Origin: an uncultured bacterium | Lineage (GTDB): Bacteria; Babelota; Babeliae; Babelales; RVW-14 | Assembly: GCA_963759805.1 (NCBI GenBank) | Contig: CAVXAT010000002.1 | Location: 128,001 to 192,000 of the forward strand | DNA length: 64,000 bases | Direction: 5' to 3' | Part shown: positions 58,385-64,000 of the stretch, in pieces | Layout of the letters: the number at the start of each line of letters is the position of its first letter | Position numbering within the stretch: the first letter of the stretch is position 1 | Program-made: the position numbers and the translations under genes | The notes under the pieces: generated by a model | The model's input: only the letters and a program-made list of their open reading frames with translations | Databases searched by the model: none | What the model was told of the DNA's origin: nothing

Positions 58385-58483
58385 TTTTCTTTTTTGGGAA
58401 TTTTTTCTACCATGGAAAACTAATCAAGAAATAGCTTGTAAATTAGACAAATCCAACCACTACGTTTTGGGGATAATCTGAAC

Positions 58484-59458
58484 TTACATTCGAAGTGAAG
58501 CAATCAATGCAACAGGAATAGACATTTTCGACCCTTCAGGAAAAAGTTTTTTACGAGCATCACAATATTTTTTTATAAGTAATGCCCAACACCCCCATCT
58601 TCCCAATATCGATAAGCCATGAGCGATTTTAAGAGGGGCGCCTGAGACATCCATAAATTCTTTCCAGATTTTCATGCCATCTCCAGAACGGTATGGTGTA
58701 CATCCATAAAAAAATTGATCTATAAGGGATAAGCTTATGACAAGTGTTGCATTAAGCAAGAATCGTTTTTGTTTGAGTGACAAAGCTTTTGTATTTAAAA
58801 TATAAGTAAACGGGCTAGCCCCGTTGATGAAACTCTTTAATGTTATTTCGAATAATCCTTTATTATCGCAATAAGAACAGTATCCTGTTATTGTCGAGAG
58901 TAAAGTGTACATGAAGGCTGCAGTAGATAGGCCTCCTGCGACATATGCAATACTTAACTCTGTGGCAGATGCAATACTTAACTCGATATTTTCGTAAGCA
59001 TCATGATTTTGTTTTATAGATCTTTTTCGCCCAACCCTTGTTATTCCTCTTTTCCATGGGAAAATGTTATAAAAATGCATGTTGTCTAATGAAAAGAGTC
59101 GGCGTTGAGGCATTGTTTCTGGCGTTGTTGTGCCTATGTAAATTTGAATTGGATTAGGGACATCCAATAAAGCCTTTGCTGCAACTGCATGTCCCGATTC
59201 ATGAGTAATGGTTGCTATGGAAGAAATTAAAAACTCCAGGAGCCATATCTGTGCGACATCAATAAGAAATTCTTTGCTTAGCTCTTTAAATTCATTTTTA
59301 TAATTTGACGTCTGAGTTTGTACTAGATCAGTATCTGCACATAAAGTTTCGTCAACAAATTCTGCGTCTTTAATTGAACTTGTAACATCATCAGGTGCTT
59401 GCGCACCGATTGATGCAAATGTTATCAATAATAAACAATATTTTAACCTTTTTAGCAT
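58484..59458 (-). CDS. M50/site-2-protease-like membrane zinc metalloprotease
   Basis: TITHESGH (HExxH) in a TM helix, AYVAGG, PYRSGDG. Confidence 0.7.
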   Translation of the reverse strand: MLKRLKYCLLLITFASIGAQAPDDVTSSIKDAEFVDETLCADTDLVQTQTSNYKNEFKELSKEFLIDVAQIWLLEFLISSIATITHESGHAVAAKALLDVPNPIQIYIGTTTPETMPQRRLFSLDNMHFYNIFPWKRGITRVGRKRSIKQNHDAYENIELSIASATELSIAYVAGGLSTAAFMYTLLSTITGYCSYCDNKGLFEITLKSFINGASPFTYILNTKALSLKQKRFLLNATLVISLSLIDQFFYGCTPYRSGDGMKIWKEFMDVSGAPLKIAHGLSILGRWGCWALLIKKYCDARKKLFPEGSKMSIPVALIASLRM

Positions 59459-59544
59459 GCGGTAAATTCCTTAAAAAGCTACGCTTTATTGAAATTTTCG
59501 GAAAAATTGGGAAAGCGGGGGACATTTGATGCAATACCTATTCA

Positions 59545-60228
59545 TTATTGATATGCCGGCTGTGCATATTGATATGCCGACTGTCCATTCCACCAACTAC
59601 TAACTCGATTCCAGGCATAATCGAAACCTCGCTTAATCTTATTTCTTGCGCTCTCTATATTTTCACCCATCGACTGAAAAGCATACTGGAATCGCGCTTT
59701 GAGCTCTTCCCTTTCTCTGTAGCTCTGATATTCCTTATAAATATAAGTGCTACAAGCTCCAACTATAAACAAAACAGCTAAAATAAGCATAAACTTTTCG
59801 CTTGATGATAATGATAAAGTTTTATTCGAACCTTCAATATCATTGGAAAAATTCAAATACCTAATTTCATTTGATAAACCTGCAAATTTGGCTGCAACTA
59901 AAAAATTTTTTACCTCTTCAACGGGAATCTTGTTTAAAATAGAGTATGCAATCAACACTCTTATTAGCTCTTCATCTAAAACACCAGCACATTTAGCCTC
60001 AGCTACAAACTTATGAATGTTTTTTAACAACTCCCTATCATCGCACATGCTAGCCATTTCAATATCCATACCCGCAACTTTAGGTTTTTTTCTGGCCCCA
60101 GTAACGGTAGTTGATTTTGTGGGATTCGATTGTTGTTCATAAGTGGGCTCCTGGCAATTGCAATTGCAACAACAAAGCACTATCAGAATTAACAAAAAAA
60201 CCATGCGCTCTACATTTTTATTGTTCAT
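59545..60228 (-). CDS. hypothetical membrane protein
   Basis: Signal peptide plus one TM helix; ATG 60228 follows agcagg. Confidence 0.6.
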   Translation of the reverse strand: MNNKNVERMVFLLILIVLCCCNCNCQEPTYEQQSNPTKSTTVTGARKKPKVAGMDIEMASMCDDRELLKNIHKFVAEAKCAGVLDEELIRVLIAYSILNKIPVEEVKNFLVAAKFAGLSNEIRYLNFSNDIEGSNKTLSLSSSEKFMLILAVLFIVGACSTYIYKEYQSYREREELKARFQYAFQSMGENIESARNKIKRGFDYAWNRVSSWWNGQSAYQYAQPAYQ

Positions 60229-60262
60229 AAAATTCCTGCTAAATGTAAATGACATAAATAAA

Positions 60263-61495
60263 CTAATTATCATCAGTTACGCTTTCAGCCAATTGCTGTA
60301 ACTCCTGTGCTTTTTTTATAAGCACAGCTTTGCGTTGCTGTTCCAAATCTTTTGTTTCAAAATATTTCTCAAGCAACAGATCAAAATCCATATCAACTGA
60401 AAGCATTGCGCGCTTCTCTCGTACTGCCGGCTGAAAAACTGGAACTACGGCTGCCAAAAAATGGGCCTTACTACACGCCCGCGTTATTGCAAACATATCT
60501 ATTTTTTGGTTACTTCCAACCGGAAGACTGTACAAAATTTTCACAATGGCATTGGTTACGTCGTTTTTTTCAATTTCATCAATAATCTGCTGCGTGAAAT
60601 CTTTGCCATCTACCACATCAAATTCAATCTGAACCATGGGGCGAACTTGCAATTCGACGAATTCGTACTTACAAACTTTGTTATCAATAGTAACACGACA
60701 GAAGCCTTTAGGTTCCCTACGTTCACCAAAGTCAATTCGCTCAATTGAACCGGAATAAACAACAGGAATCCCACCTTTATTCAAATTTTGATGTCGATGC
60801 AAATGCCCAAGTGCTACATAATCAAAAGGTTGGATTGCAAGTTGTGACGGAAGAAAAATTGGATCATTGCCAAAAATTGCGCATTTTTCCGATCCTGAAA
60901 ATACTCCACTACTTACCGTTAAGTGAGCAGCCAGAACGCTTGGAATTTCGGGATCTAATGTTCGTGCCATTTGTTGAATTATCTGTCCAACTTTTTCAGA
61001 CAGATATTTTGTAATCTCATAGTTATCCTTAAACCGGTGCTGTTCGGCCCCAATTAAATTACTACGAGTTGGCCAGGGAATTCCAACAATCTGGACAAGA
61101 CCACTTTTTGTTTCAAGCTTTAATATCTCGGGCTTGCTCAAAACATGAAAACCATCAAACGGAAGGTATGAAAACACGTCAAGCGAATGAGCTTTGCCAA
61201 AACTGAGTGGATGATCATGATTTCCCACAATGATAACGATGGGGATTTTTTCGACATGTAAACGCATAAGCTGTTTGGCAAAAAGTTTTTGTTGAGTGGG
61301 AGTTGGATTTGCCGTTTTATATGCATCGCCACAAAACAGTAAAAAATCAATCTGTTCTGTTATTGCACGATCTATACACAACTCAAGACTACTATTAAAA
61401 TCCGACAGACGGGAGTGAATTCCCGTCTGTGGATCAATTTTACCGTAGTTTTCAATGCCAAAATGCGTATCAGCCGTATGAAAAAATTTAATCAT
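60263..61495 (-). CDS. sbcD: SbcD/Mre11 nuclease
   Basis: HTADTHFG, GDAY, GNHD, AAH, DYVALGHLH, YSGSIERIDFGE. Confidence 0.92.
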   Translation of the reverse strand: MIKFFHTADTHFGIENYGKIDPQTGIHSRLSDFNSSLELCIDRAITEQIDFLLFCGDAYKTANPTPTQQKLFAKQLMRLHVEKIPIVIIVGNHDHPLSFGKAHSLDVFSYLPFDGFHVLSKPEILKLETKSGLVQIVGIPWPTRSNLIGAEQHRFKDNYEITKYLSEKVGQIIQQMARTLDPEIPSVLAAHLTVSSGVFSGSEKCAIFGNDPIFLPSQLAIQPFDYVALGHLHRHQNLNKGGIPVVYSGSIERIDFGERREPKGFCRVTIDNKVCKYEFVELQVRPMVQIEFDVVDGKDFTQQIIDEIEKNDVTNAIVKILYSLPVGSNQKIDMFAITRACSKAHFLAAVVPVFQPAVREKRAMLSVDMDFDLLLEKYFETKDLEQQRKAVLIKKAQELQQLAESVTDDN

Positions 61496-61510
61496 AGATT
61501 GCGCGTTTGT

Positions 61511-63028
61511 TTATAAATTGCTCTGCTTGTCTGTATCCGTTTTTACAGCACCTCTGAAATTGAAACCTACTTTATTTTCTCTATCAGATTGAGCATCATC
61601 ATCACAGGAGTTATTTTTACTGTTTTTTATAGAGCTATCTTTGGAGTTATCTTTTTTTTTCCCAAGTAATTTCTGCGCATATTCAAGTTTATTTTCTTGC
61701 CTAGATCGTCCAATTCCCAATCCACCGGCCGGAACATCCTGTGTTATCGTTGAGCCACCCGCAGTGTAAGCTCCCTTACCAATATTTAATGGCGCAATCA
61801 ATGTATTATTACTGCCTACAAAAGCCCCGTCCTCAATCTCCGTTTTAAATTTATTTACACCATCATAATTACACGTAATCGTACCGGCCCCAATGTTTAC
61901 AGATTTGCCAATTTCAGCATCACCGATATATGTTAAATGCTTAGATTTGGAATTTTCCCCAATTTGAGTATTTTTAATTTCAACAAAATTTCCAATCTCA
62001 ACATTGTTTCCAAGTTTGACATTGTGCCTGAGCCTGGCAAACGGACCAACATGAACATTTGTTCCAATAACGCTGTCTTGAATAACCGAATGTGAATGTA
62101 TCGTGGTTCCTTCACCAATATTGGAATTTTCAACAATTGAAAAAGCTCCAAGAAAGCACTCTTCCCCAATAACTGTGTTCCCAAGCAAATGCACGCCTGT
62201 ACCAATAAATGATCCCGGACCAATCTTAACATTTATATCAATGTGAATACTTTGGGCAAGCTCAAAACGAACCCCTTGAGCCATCCAATGTTTTATGAAT
62301 TCCGACCGTTTTATCTGTTCCACATTCCAAAGTTCTTGTAAAGTATTTACACCTCGAACATCATCGTATGGAACCGGAATCTCTTTAACTATGACATCCT
62401 GCTCTGAGGCCATTTTTATAAGATCTGGTAAATAATACTCACCGGATGGGCTTTTTGAGATCTGGCTTATATTTTCTTCGAGCCATTTACGATTAATAAC
62501 ATAAACTCCTGCGTTTATTTTATTAATCTGCAGTTGTTCAAAGTTACAATCTTTTTCCTCAACAACTGTAAATTTTCCGCCTAATTCAACAACCCTACCA
62601 TAGCTAGTTGGATCAAGAACAAGCGCAGAAAGAAACGTTAATGCAGCTCGACTTCGTTCATGCTTTTCAAGAGCCTCACATATCAACTCTTTTGTAATCA
62701 GTGGCATATCACCATTCATTATCAGCACATCGTCAAAACCCTGCCATGAATCAAATGCGCAATGAACTGCATGCCCTGTTCCAAGTTGCTCTTTTTGGGT
62801 TACAAAGGATAGATCTTCAACATTACCAGATTCGACTAATGGCTTAATCAAGTCTGCTTGATGTCCAAGTATTAGGGTTGTTGATATTCCAAGTTCCTGC
62901 AACGTTCTTATAGGATACATTATCATTGGACGCCCACAGATACTGAATAGTAATTTACTTTTTCTGGTTTTAAATCTAGTAGATTTTCCAGCCGCCAGAA
63001 GTATGGCTTTAACCTTTGCATAATTCAT
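61511..63028 (-). CDS. glmU: bifunctional UDP-GlcNAc pyrophosphorylase/acetyltransferase
   Basis: LAAGKSTR, EQLGTGHAV, GEYYLPD, GPFARLR, GNFVEIKN, HLTYIGDA, GAGTITCNYDG. Confidence 0.97.
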   Translation of the reverse strand: MNYAKVKAILLAAGKSTRFKTRKSKLLFSICGRPMIMYPIRTLQELGISTTLILGHQADLIKPLVESGNVEDLSFVTQKEQLGTGHAVHCAFDSWQGFDDVLIMNGDMPLITKELICEALEKHERSRAALTFLSALVLDPTSYGRVVELGGKFTVVEEKDCNFEQLQINKINAGVYVINRKWLEENISQISKSPSGEYYLPDLIKMASEQDVIVKEIPVPYDDVRGVNTLQELWNVEQIKRSEFIKHWMAQGVRFELAQSIHIDINVKIGPGSFIGTGVHLLGNTVIGEECFLGAFSIVENSNIGEGTTIHSHSVIQDSVIGTNVHVGPFARLRHNVKLGNNVEIGNFVEIKNTQIGENSKSKHLTYIGDAEIGKSVNIGAGTITCNYDGVNKFKTEIEDGAFVGSNNTLIAPLNIGKGAYTAGGSTITQDVPAGGLGIGRSRQENKLEYAQKLLGKKKDNSKDSSIKNSKNNSCDDDAQSDRENKVGFNFRGAVKTDTDKQSNL

Positions 63029-63240
63029 ATCCGGCTCCTTTCGGGATCAACCGCTAATATTTAACCCGTTTTTTAAATTTCTAATTTTTTTCATTTTTCA
63101 ATCATTACAAATGCATTTTTTATCGTACTATGATATAATACAGCGTAAAGCATAAAATAAGCAAATAATTATGTAAAATCAAGTTTGTTCTTTCAAATCC
63201 TATATTTTTTTATATTTTTATATTTTTTTACTCTTTAATT

Positions 63241-63332
63241 GGAGAGATGGCTGAGTGGTTGAAAGCGACCGCCTCGAAAGCGGTTATTCCGGGAAACTGG
63301 AATCGTGGGTTCGAATCCCACTCTCTCCACCA
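63241..63332 (+). tRNA. tRNA-Ser(CGA)
   Basis: ggagaga/tctctcc acceptor stem, anticodon loop ctCGAaa, long variable arm, gttcgaatc, CCA. Confidence 0.96.
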
Positions 63333-63387
63333 GTCTTCGCTGCTTCGCAGCTTCGTCTGGCAGGAAAGCAGCTTCGTCTGGCAAGCC
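63330..63387 (-). repeat. B-family palindrome overlapping the tRNA-Ser CCA (63330..63364), plus a duplicated half copy
   Basis: Minus strand cctg-ccagac-GAAG-ctgcgaagcag-CGAA-gactgg; gcagcttcgtctggca is repeated 21 bp later. Confidence 0.8.
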
Positions 63388-63406
63388 ATCCAATTTAGGC
63401 TAGTTA

Positions 63407-63923
63407 CTAGCTTGCCAAAGCAACATGCTCATGTTGTAATTCAAGTACTTTGATTTTTATCTCTTCAAAAAATTGATCTATATCTCTAAGTTTTTCTATC
63501 TTAAGTAAATATGGATCGCTCCCTGCAAGCAGTCCATCAAAAAGCAGTATTAAGAAAATAAAGTAAGCAATTCCGGCGGCAGAACCAATGCCAACACTAA
63601 TAGCCCATCATTATGACCTAAACTATAATTGTCCCCACGGCTACACCAAAAACCCCTGACTCTAAACAAAATATCGATTTTTCAAAGAACCATCTTATAA
63701 TTTTTCTAAGAATACCCGCGCCACGGTCGTGATCAAGCTTATTCGCAATCAAGCCATAATCCTTTTCAAAAAGTTTCAAAATCAAAGCTGTATGTTCTTT
63801 AATCAGATCATCATCCGAAGAAATGGCTTGATGAATATATTTTTCAAAATTTTCTAAATTTTGAAGATTCTCATCTTTTTGAAACAAGCAGATAATCAAA
63901 TAATAGTCGCATAGTTGTGTGAG
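63407..63923 (-). pseudogene. probable degraded membrane-protein gene next to tRNA-Ser
   Basis: ORF 63618..63899 is bounded upstream by an in-frame stop. A protein-like continuation (AISVGIGSAAGIAYFIFLILLFDG...ALAS*) follows in another frame after about 63603. Confidence 0.35.
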
Positions 63924-64000
63924 TTAACACCGCCGCGAACAACCCTACTGGAATTTTGTTATTGGGCGATTTATCAAATTTTTCAGCCGCATCAGCGAAG

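Noticed and set aside
58945..58984. 16-bp direct repeat with 24-bp period (ELSIA twice)
   Set aside because: Small local in-frame duplication with no wider pattern.
1..64000. CRISPR array, cas genes, transposase, integrase or rRNA
   Set aside because: No regularly spaced repeats or recognisable motifs seen; the palindromes are dispersed, not arrayed.
63333..64000. Integrated island at tRNA-Ser
   Set aside because: No integrase or att duplication visible before the window ends.

Overview
AT-rich bacterial chromosomal window. It mixes housekeeping genes (ychF, miaB, add, hup, uvrC, bamD, ftsI, cysS, nrdDG, zwf/gnd, recD2, a partial atp operon, sbcD, glmU; tRNA-Cys, -Leu, -Ser) with many signal-peptide-bearing orphans and eukaryote-like proteins (WD40 paralogues, an ATAD3-like AAA ATPase, a PLD-type protein, a G1 glutamic peptidase, secreted glycosyltransferases). 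This content suggests, by inference only, an intracellular parasite of protists such as Dependentiae/TM6 (Babelota). The strongest unexplained signal is a set of short GC-rich palindromic elements, here called families A, B and C. They sit in frame inside the conserved enzymes MiaB, UvrC and Gnd, and they nest inside one another: a 36-bp B element occupies the identical site of an A element in two different genes, and an A-type element sits in the loop of another. Their stems show compensatory base changes, and B copies begin exactly after the discriminator base of two tRNA genes. No mobilising enzyme is visible in the window. Other points: a Na+-type c subunit, +1 frameshifts in atpH and in one secreted protein, an ATP-cone-less class III RNR, and a cyclase-family hydrolase placed where pgl is expected. 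All family calls come from visual motif recognition, not database searches.
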